A DNA stretch of 64,000 nucleotides, filler included, from Hyphochytrium catenoides (taxonomy: Eukaryota; Protista; Hyphochytriomycota): assembly GCA_900088475.1 (NCBI GenBank). It is 14 parts of 14 records of this genome, joined end to end, with 100 filler letters (N's around TTAATTAATTAA, not from the genome) between each part and the next. Parts side by side here need not be neighbours in the genome. Positions count along the whole stretch, not along the records: positions 9,295 to 21,125 come from FLMG01002347.1; positions 21,226 to 43,455 come from FLMG01004132.1; 12 more parts are not named here. One strand, written 5' to 3'. The notes below the pieces were generated by a model. It was given only the letters and a program-made list of their open reading frames with translations. It was not told the DNA's origin and did no database searches. Each line of letters starts with the position of its first letter. The stretch's first letter is position 1. The position numbers were made by a program, and so were the translations under genes. This document shows, in pieces, positions 19,758 through 32,845 of this stretch.

Positions 19758-20312
19758 GATTCCTTAGACAGAGTCCATCTCCTAAGCCTGTCATTTGTTT
19801 AGCAATCCCACACCATTGAAAGCCACATACAAAGTAAGAGATGCGGGATTCCGATTTAAGCCCTTGTATTGACGTTGCGAACTGGAGGATTCCTTAGACA
19901 GAGTCCATCTCCTAAGCCTGTCATTTGTTTAGCAATCCCACACCATTGAAAGCCACATACAAAGTAAAAGATGCGGGATTCCGATTTAAGCCCTTGTATT
20001 GACGTTGCAAACTGGAGGATTCCTTAGACAGAGTCCATCTCCTAAGCCTGTCATTTGTTTAGCAATCCCACACCATTGAAAGCCACATACAAAGTAAGAG
20101 GTGCGGGATTCCAGTTCAAGCCCTTGTATTGACCTTGCAATCTAGAGGATTCCTTAGACAGAGTCCATCTCCTAAGCCTGTCTCTTGTTTAGCAATCCCA
20201 CACCATTGAGAGCCACATTCAGAGTAAGAGGTGCGGGATTCCAATCTAAGCCCATGTATTGACCTTGCGACCCAGAGGATTCCTTAGACAGAGTCCGCCC
20301 CCTAAGCCTGTC
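19758..20312. repeat. 130-bp tandem array, ~4.3 copies
   Basis: gattccttagacagagtcc... restarts at 19758, 19888, 20018, 20148 and 20278. Confidence 0.97.
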
Positions 20313-20456
20313 TTTTGTCCTGCGATCCTGCATGGAATCCCCATACTTTCCAGGCTTTTGAGTCATTCCACCTTCCCTGGGTCGCATGGAATCCCGGGTC
20401 GCAGGCCTAATGACTGCGAAAGTGGGGTATTTACTGGTCATTCGTCTCTCGCATTA

Positions 20457-21125
20457 TTATAGGGTTGTTGGATCGTGCCGGGGGAGGCGCTCCTCCGCGG
20501 TGTGTTCAGAGCTTGTACTACTTATCTGGAAAGCTACAGGAGATCGAGGCTGCCTGATGCTTTGGCCACTAGTCAAGGTTGCAAGACCAGCCTGAATTTT
20601 GTCTCTCCGCTCTCTCCTATCAGCCTCGTCCACCAGTGTGGACATGAGGGACGCTGGAGTTTGAACAGTTCTATCAGGAACGCACTTCATCGCCAGGATA
20701 AAGCTGTCATAGCTCTTCGGCAAGCTGTTGAAGAGTCTCAAGACAAAGTCACCGGCTCCCACCGCATACGGTGTCTCATCTAGGTTGTTCCTTAGATCCA
20801 TCAAGTCTCCCAATTGTCTTTTGACAGATCCTCCTTCTGCTAACTTGGAGATTCAGGAATCTCATCTTCAAGACTTCTGGGTCGTCATTCCCGTTGTTCT
20901 GGTAGACTTCCTGTAAGGCCTGCCATGCTTTTCCAGGGGTGCTCATCCCTTTCACGTACACTCTCTGTGCCTTCTCAATGGTCATGTATATGTAGGCATA
21001 AGCTCATTCTGCAGCTTCCTCTGTCTTGGGATCATATGAGTAGGATTCTTTCTTGTCCAGCGGTATCAGCTTTAGACCTTCCAACAGTTCTCCTTCCGGA
21101 GGACGTGCTCCATCTCATATGCCCA
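20457..21125 (-). pseudogene. Ty1/Copia gag (UBN2-type) remnant, frameshifted
   Basis: TPGKAWQALQEVY...LKMRFLNL and VLRLFNSLPKSYDSFI...L.DEADRR in overlapping frames. Confidence 0.8.
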
Positions 21126-21225
21126 NNNNNNNNNNNNNNNNNNNNNNNNNNNNNNNNNNNNNNNNNNNNTTAATTAATTAANNNNNNNNNNNNNNNNNNN
21201 NNNNNNNNNNNNNNNNNNNNNNNNN

Positions 21226-21819
21226 ATGACAAAGAGTTCAGTGGATACATCGAGACTAGTCTCGAGATTCACGTATCCTCTACCAACAAGGGAGAAAAGA
21301 TTGTTTTGTTTCCTCTCCGGATGTGTTTTCGCTTCGGGTTTTGGTTGTTTTCTGGCCACTGCTGCTGCCAGTTGTTGCCGGTTCCTTTCTCGCGCGGATG
21401 AGTTCTCTCTTCTTACGGAAGTCCTTCGCAATGGAATGTCGGTTGTTGAAGGCTTCTTCGGCATCTTCGAGGGTTCTTTTGACTCAGTTTGGTCGATAGT
21501 TCGCATCATCGAAACAAATGCACCATGATGTAAGAAGGTTCTTCGTTCTTCCAGCGGTGATTGAGGAGGGGATGGGAGGGAAAAAGAAGACGTTTATTGA
21601 CTTTCTGAGAGCCCGCCACCACATCCTGACCGCCCACTGGCTAGGGTCCTGGGGTATGGCTGGTTACTCACCCCCTCATCCCTTACATTCTTGCCCTCCG
21701 TCTCTTTGTGTCAATGCCCCACACTCTCTCTTCGTTTCTTCTGTCTTGCACTCAACTCCACTTCCCTGCTCTCTCTATTTTGCGCACTCTCACCTATGTA
21801 CCCTTCGCCTTCCCTCTCT

Positions 21820-21859
<40 letters not shown>

Positions 21860-22300
21860 CGTCTTATCAAGTCAAGTGGTTGCATTGAGCAGTTACTCAT
21901 ACGACCGAAAGCTTCAATGAAAGCTTACGAAGATGCTCTATTGTTGCACTAAGGTATATAACTGTCCCTATTGGGGCTCTTTCTTTGCTTTCAAATAGGT
22001 TTCATCCTTCACCTTTTCAAAAGGTCTTGAAACTGCTTTATCGATTACCTCATATTACTACTAACCTGGGAGCCCTTCTAGAACTACCGCATACTCTGGA
22101 CTATTACTATGACTAGGAGTTGGTGCTACTGAGGGAGTATGACTGTCTTTCCGATGAGAATCGTCGTATGGCGGAGTTTGGGGCCCTTTAATGTACCATT
22201 GATAGGAGGAAGAAGCCTGATGGACTCCGCTGTGTGAGGAGGGAGTGGGTGTCAAGTTGAAGCGGCACAGAAATGTTGGGGCACTCTTTGACATGGTGGG
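21226..22300 (-). CDS. Possible spliced host gene fragment of unknown function
   Basis: Coding-like stretches at 22061-22294 and 21226-21509 separated by low-complexity intron-like DNA; no recognisable motif. Confidence 0.25.
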
Positions 22301-23095
22301 AGAGGAGGGGAGAGACAGAGAGAGAGACAGAGAGAGACAGAGAGAGAGGGAGAGAGAGGCAGAGAGAAACTAAATTAGAACGGAGAGAGATAGTTCGGGA
22401 GAGAGAGAGGAGGAAGACAGAGGGACGCGCTTGGAGAGACAGAGGAGAGTGAGAGAGAGAAGAGACTTCTGGAAAAAGGTGGCTTGGGGACAACAGAGAG
22501 AGAGTCGGACAAAGACAAAGGAAGTAGAAGAGAACCGCAAGGCTAATGTTTGAGTTCATTGATCATCTGCGTCACTTTTGTCTGGCGGCATACGAGGGAA
22601 CAGGAGAAGGGCCATACAGCCGTTAATAACACCTGATGAAAGGCCAAGCCGGCGAAGGATTGAGTAATATTCGAGGTCCAGTGGATGACGGGGCAGCGGC
22701 GAAGGTCTGAGTGGCTCCAAGAGTCAGGATAAGAACAGCACTCTCTAAACAGCTTCAAACTTCCTCTCCCCTTTTCTCCTCTCTCTCTCTNNNNNNNNNN
22801 NNNNNNNNNNNNNNNNNNNNNNNNNNNNNNNNNNNGGAGGACGGCAATAACCGAAAGGGCTGCAGTTGAACTCTCTCTCTCACATCTCCTCTCTTCTTTT
22901 CCCGGTGGCGATCTCGTTTCATAGCTACGGCGGAAGACTAAGAGGACCGAAGAGAGCTTTAGAGAATCAGAGTCTCTCGTTTACCTTCTGGACCTCAGCC
23001 CCGCAAACAGCCTTAGCAGAGCTACGACTGGAGCTTCAGTGCTAGGAACTGAAGATTGAAAACGCAGCAGAACCTTAGCAGAGACCTAGCTGCCG

Positions 23096-25849
23096 ATGGA
23101 GACTTCTGAGGCTGTGTGGCGGGTGCTGCCTTCCAGGTATGCCGGCAGGACTGAGAACCCGATTAGGAAGATTGTCGACAACATCAAGAAGCCCGAAAAT
23201 TCAGAGAAAGCCCTGATCCCTCTCTCTCTCGGTAGGCAGATGTTTCGACTTGAGAACCCTATCGTAGAACCTCTTTTATATTTCTCTGTCTTTCTTGCTC
23301 ACTTTCTCTGTCCTCTTTTACTCTCTTTTCCTGTCTTTGTCTCTGTCTCTGTCTCCCTTCTCACTCTCTCTCTTCTTCGGCAACAGCGCATTCTCTTCAG
23401 TTAGTTTCTCTTTACTCTCTCATGCCGCGTTGTAGGTCTTTCTACCGCCGTTCTCAAGCTTGTGTCTCTCTCTACCTCATCAATCGCGTAGGTGATCCCA
23501 CGGTCTTTCGCAACCTTCAGGCCCCGGAAGTGCTGGTGGAGGCGATTGTCAAGCATGTCCGGTACGGCCAGACATGGACAGTACGAGAGGAACGCCACCA
23601 GATGGCACTGTCTGTCTTCCTTCTCGCGCTTCTCGGTTGCTCTCTCTCTCAATCACACACATTGTGTGTGTCTCTCTCTGTCTCTCCGTCTCTCTCCCTC
23701 TCTCTTTGTCTCTCTTCCTCTTTCTTCTCTCCCCTCTTCCTCTCTCTCTCTCCTCCCTCAACTCCGACGTTCTCCTCTGTCTCTTCTTACCTTCTCTCTA
23801 CATCTCTCTTCTTGAACTCATGCTCTCTTTACGCTGCTTTTCCAGAAGCATATTCTTTATATTTACATCACAAGCGCACTTTCTTCTCCTGCTACCTGCT
23901 GGCCTCTTATTTTTTTCCCCCTCTCTCGACGTCTATACAGTTTCTGTCTCGTTCCTTCTTCTGTTTCTCACCCGCCTTTCATGTCTCTCTTCCACAGCTC
24001 TGGCAATGCGAACGGGTATGTCCATTCCTCGGGAACCCCTGACGCTCGAGAAGCTGTGGCTAAATGCTACGAGACGCCAACCTCTCCTCTCTCCGCTCAG
24101 GATGTGATCCTGACCTCCGGCTGCTCCGGCGCACTAGAGATCGCCATCTCTGGTCTGGCAGACGAAGGAGACAACATTCTCCTCCCTTCTCCAGGGTTTG
24201 CCCTGTATCAAGTCATCGCTCAGTCTCGGGGGATCTCCTGTCGCTTTTATGACTTACTGCCTGAAAAGAACTGGGAGGCGGATGTGGAGCACATGAGCTC
24301 TCTTATTGACGAGCGGACGCGGTTCATTCTGGTGAACAACCCCTCTAACCCTTGCGGAAGCGTGTACTCCCAGCAGCACCTCCGAGAGATTTTGCAGCTC
24401 GCCGAGGAGCGTAAGGTGCCCATAGTCGCGGTAAGCTCAGATGGAGAGACGGGAGGGACCTCGATCTTTCAGCCCTTTATCCTTCCTCTCGTTTCCTCTC
24501 TTGAGGTCTTTCAGCTCCTAACGCGGTCCGCTGACGCTCCACTTTCAGTGCTTGTCCATCTTCTCTCTTTCACTTTCTATCCATTTTTCGGGAGGCTCTA
24601 TTCTAAAGATGGAAGCTTGTACAAGTTCCGTTGTGAAAACTAATGGGCTCTCTAACCTTCGTTGCATTCCTGCTCTGCCTTCTTGTGAGCAGGATGAGAT
24701 ATATGGCACCATGACCTTCCATGGCAGTGTGTTCCACCCTCTTGCGTCCCTTACATCCTCCGTACCCGTCATCTCTGTCGGCGGGCTGGCCAAGCAGTAT
24801 CTGGTGCCTGGCTGGAGGCTAGGCTGGATTCTTATTCATGACAGGAATAATGTCCTTCAAGAGGTGAGAGGACCAAGTAGAAGGAGGAGACAAGAGTAAG
24901 AGCGGTGACAGAGGCGAGTCAATCTAGTGAGAGACCTCGATGGTTAAGGCGGTACAACGGGCATGCTTCTCTTCTAAAACCTACAGAGTTGAACCTTGAG
25001 TTATTTAAACAGTGCATTAGGATGTATCCTAATGTTCCTATTTTTCCTTCCCGGTCCCTCTCCTTGGTCTTGCGTAGGTGCGGAAGGGGCTTCTAAGCCT
25101 CACGCAGCTGGTACTAGGCCCCTGTTCCATCCTTCAGGCAGCGCTGCCTGATGTTCTAACGCCTGTCAAGGGCTCATCGGAGGAGCAGCAGCTGCGGGAT
25201 AACTATGAAAAGTACCTCCAGACGCTGGAGGAAAATGCCACCCTCACAGTGGACCGATTAGGAATTATACCTGGCCTCCGCGTCGTGGTGCCGCAGGGCA
25301 CCATGTACGCCATGGTAAGGACAGGGCGAGGCGTTAAGGCGCGTCAAAAAGCTTTTTTCCTTTCTTCTCTAACACTTACAACTCCATCTTTCTCGTTATA
25401 TCATCTCTCTGCCTCTAATCCTTTGCTGTGCTACTTTGTCTAGATTGAAATGAATCCTTCCTCTTTCGAGGACATCAAGAGCGACACAGAGTTCACACAG
25501 AAGCTGCTCGACGAGGAAAGCGTCTTTGTCCTCCCTGGACAGGTAAGTCTACGTTTGTGAAAGTTCTCTTCTCATTCTTGGCCCTTATTTGCCACTGCTA
25601 TTTATCTTCGCGGACGCGAGCTTGGTTGACTTCTGACTGTTTTCGCTTCTTAAACGTCCCCGCTATCCCCAGTGCTTCCGCATCAAGAACTACTTTAGGG
25701 TCGTGTACAGCGCACCAAAGGAAAGACTGGCTGAAGCGTACGATAGAATCGCAGCGTTTTGCTCACGACATGCAAGTAAGAAGGCGGCAGGAGTGCCCGG
25801 GACTGAGCTGAGGCGTACCTCGTCCTGCACGGATGAAGAAAGTGACTGA
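23096..25849 (+). CDS. TAT: Tyrosine aminotransferase (PLP class I/II); exons 23096-23231, 23492-23561, 23998-24430, 24693-24863, 25078-25314, 25444-25542, 25673-25849
   Basis: NPIRKIVD, IPLSLGDPT, DVILTSGCSGAL, NNPSNPCGSVYS, ADEIYG, GGLAKQYLVPGWRLGW (PLP Lys), PQGTMYAM, EESVFVLPGQCF; six GT-AG introns keep the frame. Confidence 0.95.
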
Positions 25850-26209
25850 ACAAGAGAGAAGGAAGTGTAACAAGCCGTATGACACTATAACATACTACAA
25901 GGGAGACAGAGAGCGACATATCCTCTCTGATCCGCTTAACGTATTTATTATTGACCTAAAAGAAAGAAAATTGTGGGCGCCATCTGCTTACTTCGCTTCC
26001 ACTTTGTTCTTTGCATAGAGAGGCGTGTGTGTCTCTGTCTGTCTCAGGTTTATGGACGACATCGGTTCAGTCTGGTCTGTCGTGCACTCTGGCCCTGAAC
26101 GGCGCTTTGTATGCGTGAGATTAAGTCTTGCAGTCGAAATAGCATTTAGTGGACGAATGGCCAGAGAAGCACTTCTTTCGTGACACAGAGGGATCATGAA
26201 AAAGGCGTA

Positions 26210-28843
26210 TCATGAGGAAGATGCCGTCTTTTCCCTCTTGGTTTGGCTTCGCCTCGCAGCGACCTCAGCCTGCTTTCTGCTCAGCTCTCCTTCTCGAGCC
26301 TTGTCTGGCCGGACCTGCCCTTGTAACACCGCTGCAATAGCAATCCATCCTGCGATGACGCAATAAACCAGCTTGGGACTGTATTTATCTCCAAAGGTAG
26401 TGCCGAGAACGACCAGAATGTTGAGAGGAAGCCGAAGGAGATTCATGATTGTGGTCAGCGCATCTGCGGGCAGATAGCGGCTTCGCAGGGTCCCCAGCGC
26501 GGGTTGGCAGATGCCAACGGTGACCTCAAAGACTAGGAAAGCCAAGAAGATAAACTGGAACTGCTGGGTGACCTGCAGTGAGCAAGGGAAAGAGAGAAGC
26601 ATAAAGCAAGGGTTAAGGTTCTGTCAAAGGAGAAAAGAGAATAGGAATCTCCTCGAGGCAGGTTAAAGAGGGTGCAGGGGTCCTGCATGACAATCGTGTG
26701 TGCTCTTCTTGAATGACTAGGCAACGGAAAGCGTCATTGGGCACCAGCACAGCAGAAGGAAGGAAATGAGATACCCGCAAGAGAAAGCGGAGCATATGTC
26801 TAGGCTTATCAATTCGAAGAGGAAACTAAGCCCACTACCTACCACTGGAACTAGCATAGCGATCACGCCGGTCCAGCAAGCCGCTGTGTTTATTCTCTCG
26901 GGCGCCACCTCTCTCTCGACCAGCAGTTCGAAGATAGTTCCTCCGAGGGTAATACATAGCATGAAGGAAGTGAAAACCAATCCTGTCGGCAGGATACCGT
27001 CCGGCACCACGCTCTGGAGCGTTGGAACCCACATGAACACTGCCTCAACAGAAGCGTTAGCTAACGAATCAAGCCAGAATAGGGAGACAGGACCAAGTAA
27101 GGGCCTTGAGAGCAGCCCTTTATCCGTTAACAATCTTATTTCACTATCATGATCATCAAGAGCAATTTGCAAGACATTGAGAGCTCAAGTGAGTAGATGC
27201 CGGCGAGGATGAGGGAAGAGTGATAGCTCAGAATCTTGAGAAGGGTTAGGGTTAGGGTTTGGCTTTAAAGGAACAAGTATACAGAATTTGGAGAAGGAAA
27301 CCAGAAGGGCCTGCGGACAGGAGCTTACCAAAAGTGTACATAGCGCCTTCAAAGAGAGACTGTACCAACCCTAAGCGCCACACAGCGCCGTCGTCTTTGA
27401 TCGCTTGAAGTCCACGCATAATAGAAATCACCGAACCCTCTATAGAGACCGAGGGGCAGCATGGGAAGAGTCAGGCCCAAGGACAAAGATATGCAGTCCA
27501 CAAGCCTGCTCCACAGGACAGTGGCCGACTGCGCAAGAGAGTAGAGTACTTACGGGCGTTATGACTCTTCGCTCCATAATTCTCTCGCCAGAAGCACACA
27601 AGAACGAGGGTCAACACTGTGAGGGCGATCGCCACTTGGAAGGGACCAATGTCTCCAAGGGCATCACTGGCTACCTGAGCAATCAATCCTGCCCCTACTG
27701 CACAAGCGCCATTCCCTATGGCTGCAAGAGAGAACGTATGCGCTAGAAGCTCCTCAGGGAAGCCTGAGAAGGAAAGAATTGGTTATGATGTCAGAAGAGA
27801 GCTTTTAGGTGAAGCCATCAGGGTTAGGGGTCACCATTTGGGCTTTGGAGGATGCAGGAAGCCCTGTAGCGCATAGAAGCGAATAGACAGAGGGAAAGGC
27901 CAAACCACTGGGAGCGGCAGGGACAAGAGAGGAAGTTGTCCTTACCTCTTCTCCTATGTTCCGTGACCATCCAGCTCTCAAAGGCTGAGAAGAGAAGAGA
28001 AGTGCTGATCCCGCCCATCACACGGCCCGCAAGCAGCAGGGTCATGTTGGGGAAATGCTCGAGTATGTTGAGCGCAATCTATTTCCCACGCAACCCGTAC
28101 ACCCAGCATAGGCAAAAAGAACAAGCACGGGTTGGAAGTAAGGGAGGAGAGAAGAACAAGGAGTTTGACCAAAGAGGCAGAAAAGTCGGGTCAGTTCTTG
28201 CTTTTAGACACCGACAGAAGCATATTGTTGCTCACCTCTAGCAGACAGAAGAGGATGCATCCTCGCTTGCGCCCAAATGAGTCGACAAGAGAGCCGATGA
28301 AGGTCCCGAAGACAGCAGAGGCGGCAAAACCAGTGATAAATAGATTGCCGATGTCTACCCCGTAGCTCTGGTACAAAGTGTACATGTTGGTCCCTTGTAG
28401 CCAGTCTAAGGCATTGAGGACAGGGATGTTGAGGAGATTCTTTGTGAGGATAATGCTAAGTCAAGCATGGCAGGGAGGGTGCCGATGGGAGAAAGATGAA
28501 GGGCTCTTAAGTTGCTAGAAGAGGAGAAGACAGGGCAAGCCGCAGCAAACATTGACTATCAAAAAGAAGTTCTTCCCTGACCTGCCAGCATGATAGTGAG
28601 GTAAACAGCCAGGAACATCGTCTGGAACTGCTTAAAGCCCTTGGGTGGGTGACGGAAGACATTGACCCTCCTCTTCGGGTCAGTCTTCGATTTAGGAGAC
28701 GGCGGCATGGGCCACAGAGCAGCGGCTGAAGAAGATCTCCAGAGGTGCAACGTAGCCAGAAGAAGGCCCAAGACACAAGCGGAACCTACAGCCCATAGGG
28801 GCCAGGGCTGGGCCGGCGCGCTGTTGTCCTCATCCATTGCCAT
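26210..28843 (-). CDS. MFSD5: Molybdate-anion transporter MOT2/MFSD5 (MFS_5), multi-exon
   Basis: Spliced motifs ADWLQGTNMYTLYQSYG, DSFGRKRGC, GRVMGGISTSLLFSAFESWMVTEH, SLFEGAMYTFVFMWVPTL, FEVTVG..P..GTLRSRYLP..TIMNLLRLPLN. Confidence 0.93.
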
Positions 28844-30416
28844 TATAAGGGCTAAGAGGTAGAGGCTGGAGAACGAAAGAAATGCCCTTGGAGGTTGAGA
28901 TATCCGCTATGGTATTTATAAGAATCCGAACCGCCGTGGCCAAGCGCTCTCGACTTGCAAGGGTGGCGAGAGGCGGGATAAAGATACCAGAGCTCTTGGT
29001 CCTTGAGGCCTAGTTATACCAGCGACCAGGGAACGACCAGGAGGATGAAACTGTCTCACTGAAGGCCGTCAATGGGAGCGGCTGGCTTTCTACATCCGCT
29101 CGTACCAGGACTACAGAGAGTGGCTGAATGATAGCCTAAAGGAAGAGACAAGCAGGGAGGCTAAGAAGAGAGGGACGATGACTGCGTGTTCTATACTCTG
29201 CGGACTCTCGTGTCTCTCTCCTGCTCTCTCGCCTTTCTTCCTCCTCCTCCTACTCTGCTCACAGGCGTGGCAGACCCTAGAAGCCCAGTTGTGCACTCCC
29301 TTGATGATGCTCAGGGAGAGGACAGAGAGGAAGGAGGAAGGCGAAGGAAGCCATGGCCGATGATGTTTCTGTGTGATGATCGGCGCTCTGTCGCTTCACT
29401 TCTGGTAGAGAGAGATATGAGAGGATGAAGAGACAGAGAGGGTGGCAAGGAGGTAATAGAAATGAGAAGGACTAAGATAGATACGAGGGGGAAGAGGAAG
29501 ACAGAGTTGGAGGTGAGGAGGAAGGAGCTAACATCAGATGGTGCCTGATAACAAGACTGTACCCGTTCATTTACAGCAAGAGGGAGTTCTGTACGTTGTC
29601 CGCTGTACCGGGGCTGTACAGAACATCAGGGTGGTAGTGGTAGAGCCGCTAACCCCTCGTTGGTGAATACTCCTCCTGCCCCTTTCAAACACCCCCCACG
29701 AACGAAGAACAGGGCCACCAACCGCCAGACGAAGGGACATCTGGAGGCTCTTTCTTTGAGAAGAAGAGAGAAGTCTTTCACCCAGACAACTCTTTGGCCC
29801 CCTCACCCCTCCCCTCTTCTCTCACACTTAATGATGTTTTTTATGACAACATCAGTCCCAGCCCCAGCGCATAGTCTCGCTCCTCGCTGCCTGCTGGTGG
29901 TCTACTTTATGGTCTCCTCCCTTCTTCCTTTCCTCATAAGTCGTAAGGAAGCTAGCGAGGAGGAGAAGAAAGAAGCTTGCTGCCGGGAGAACACAAGGAG
30001 CCGCGGTGGCTTCGTTAACACAAACCATATATACTGCTTCAGATCTAAAAAAGCAGCGCCTAGTAGAGGTCCGTCCTTCTATTTCTCTATCTCCTCGCTA
30101 GCTGTCTCTTCTCATTCCTTTTACTAGTTGTGCTGCCCATCATCACCCGGACCAGCTGGTAGCTGCGGTCTTTCTCCATCGTTTCTTGCCTTTCTTCGAC
30201 ACATCGCCATCATCATCCCTGCTGCTACTGCTAGGCATCGTCGGGCATAGTAGTACTCAGTAGAGTGAAGGAGACGACGACAGCACTATCATCATTCAAA
30301 GGAAGTACGCCTTTTATTATTAGCAATTGGAAGCCGTGAACAAAGTGACAACCACCGTAATAGAAAGAAGAGACAAGTCTCTCCTCCTTCTCTTCTAGCA
30401 GTTATTCCAACCAACA

Positions 30417-32845
30417 ATGCCCTTCTTCTCCATCCTCCTACGACAAAAGCGCACTCGTCTTCCTCAGGTCCATCAAGAGATCTACTGTTTGCTTTGCCCT
30501 CCCTCTTCTATTCCTATCATTGGCGTCCGTTACCGATGTACTACTATGAAGAATGGGGACGATGAGCAGTCGGTCAGTCTTGACCTCTGCGCACGGTGCT
30601 ACCGCTCTGAACAAGCGACGTTACTGCTTCAGACGACTCCCTTTCCTAAAATTGAGAAGATCGCTAATGGCACCCCGATGAATCTGCAGGACCTGGTGGC
30701 TACCTATTCTGGTCTGAGAGGGCAATGGCTGGCCCAGTCCCTGGAAAGATTTGATGAACTGAACGTGTTCGCCTTTGCAGTGGCACTTTTGACGTCCCCT
30801 ATCCTGTACCTTATCCTTATACTGGTGAGGATTGGTCAAGGTTGTATTAGGGTTTTACACAGGGGAGGCAAAGTACAACCTGTGATTGATCCTCCAACAT
30901 CTTGGTCCTCCTGGTTCACGGTCATCGGCTCCTGGCTTGTTGAGATTGAGGAGCTGCTCCCAGCTGGTATCATTTGGTCATGTTGGGTTCTGTCATCGTG
31001 TTGGCGCTGGGTCCCATACTGGTTCTTGATCTCTACGGCTCGCAGGCCAAGTTCTTGGTCTATGTCGTTTCAACATACTTCGTGGCAGCAGCATCAGATC
31101 TGGCGCTTGCTTGCTGCGGATTCATGGACCACGTGGACTTGACATTGGTCGAATCTATTCTAACAGCAGCTTTCGCCTTCCCATCGGGAGCGCTGAGTGT
31201 TTATCTTAAGAGACCTACACTACTGACTGCAGAAGACGTCCAAGCATATGTCATGCACAGCTCACCGGCGGACGGCAAGTTACTACTGCAGAAGAAGGAC
31301 TACTCGGAATCCTCATTAAAGGGCCCGCCGCAGGAGAGCACGCCTGCCGACATAATGCAACGTTTTAATGACCCCAGGGTAAGGTTTTGCGCTGAACTTC
31401 AAGTTAAAAGAATTCGAGACAAAATGCTCGCAATTGGCTGGGTGCTGTTCCTTTTCTCCACGTATTTGTCCCTTGGGTGGCCAGTGCTACCAGCGCAAGT
31501 AGCGCCGATTAAAAAGCAATTATTCTGGGAAGTGTTGCCGACTGCGCAGGATGATTTTGCGTTATGGTCGTCCGACGATGATGAGATTTGGGACGATAAT
31601 AGGATATTAATTGAGATCTGTACAAGTGCTACTGAAGGTGACCACGCTTGGACACCCCAGATCAACGTGACTGTTATGCCAACCCCGATCCACAACACAT
31701 ATGTGAGAGTGGATCTACGGTATAGTGACGCCGCATCTCGGAGGGATGTTTCCTCTTCGCTACCTTCACTATGGACCTTTGCAGGGCTGCAAAACGTATG
31801 GCCGAGAGAAGAGCGGCCTTCTGACGTTGATGGCGGCACAAGCGAGCTGCATTTCTATGGCACTCTTGTCAAGCATGTCCCTGTCATTCAACTTTGCGTC
31901 CGCGTGCCAGCTGAGTGGTGCCAGAACGGAGACCTTGAGAACCCGATATCGGTTACTATCTCTAAAGGCCGAGCTACTGATAGCATCCAAGACCTCGTCC
32001 TCTGGCAATGGTATTATACCCCTAACAACAAGGGAGATAAGATAATTTCGGGCCCGAGAGTATGGGTACTTTTAGGCGCACTTCTGCTTGTTCTGCCGCT
32101 AGTTGGTCGGAACTTGTTGACCTCTACCTATTTGGTCAACAAAGTTTTTGATATCCTTGTCCTGTGGGTTCAATTTGACCTCTTGACTCAGCCTGAAAAT
32201 GAGACAAGAGCATACGTATTTCATTCCTCAGGTGAGGATAATAGTAATAGGTTGGACCTCACTGACCCAGAAAACATCAGGTTGTGGATCCTATTGCGGC
32301 GGGCATTAAATCAAGCCATGGCGAGATTCTTGAACCCACTTAAGCCCTTGCTACTCCTTTCCCTTGGCCAATTTGTTTTATCGATGGGGCTAATGGCACT
32401 GTACAATCTGGTGTTGGGTGAGACCTGGAACCCAGGATACTTCCTTCAGATTTATATGGCAGTCACGTCACTGGCCCCGATGTTGGTGGCTTATCCGCTA
32501 TGGCTGATCTGGACCAGACAGAGTGGACATATTGGTCTTCTGTCTGAAGAGCTTTTGAAGATCCATCTCAACAACTCAAACTACAAGTCAGAGAAGAAGG
32601 ATACAGCAATCAATGGCGAGGATCGTCGCATCCAGGATGAAGTTGCAAGCCACATTCTTACTAGCCTAATCAACAAGCTCCAGCTAAGAGACGAACGAGT
32701 TAACCTATTTGGATTCGAGCTGTCTGATGGGTTCCTTAACACCTTGATAACGCTTGCATCGTCTGCAGCTTATACTTTGGTGTCTCATCGGGTCGAATAT
32801 AAGGACGAGGACCTAGAGTCTCCGCTTTTTGATTTCCTGAATTGA
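30417..32845 (+). CDS. ZZ-zinc-finger multi-pass membrane protein with PHTF-like C-terminus (~809 aa if the 1-nt frameshift near 30973 is repaired)
   Basis: HQEIYCLLC...IIGVRYRC...DLCARCY (degenerate ZZ); several hydrophobic helices; NIRLWILLRRAL and DERVNLFGFELSDGFLN. Adding one T in 'atcatttggtc' fuses the two ORFs. Confidence 0.7.

Noticed and set aside
19758-20312. CRISPR-like regular array (also 18596-18768)
   Set aside because: Whole units repeat with no unique spacers, there are no cas genes, and the context is eukaryotic.
21518-24107. Many Leu/Ser- or Arg/Glu-rich ORFs (also 19212-19794, 39193-41852, 56472-56657, 60879-62633)
   Set aside because: Translations of CT/AG microsatellite-rich introns and intergenic DNA.
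7046-28843. Metal/molybdate transport gene cluster (FetB-like + MOT2)
   Set aside because: The genes lie on different contigs separated by linkers; no real linkage is shown.
30960-30985. Programmed frameshifting in the ZZ/PHTF-like gene and other split ORFs
   Set aside because: Shifts fall in short homopolymers with no slippery heptamer or evident structure; sequencing error or decay is simpler.
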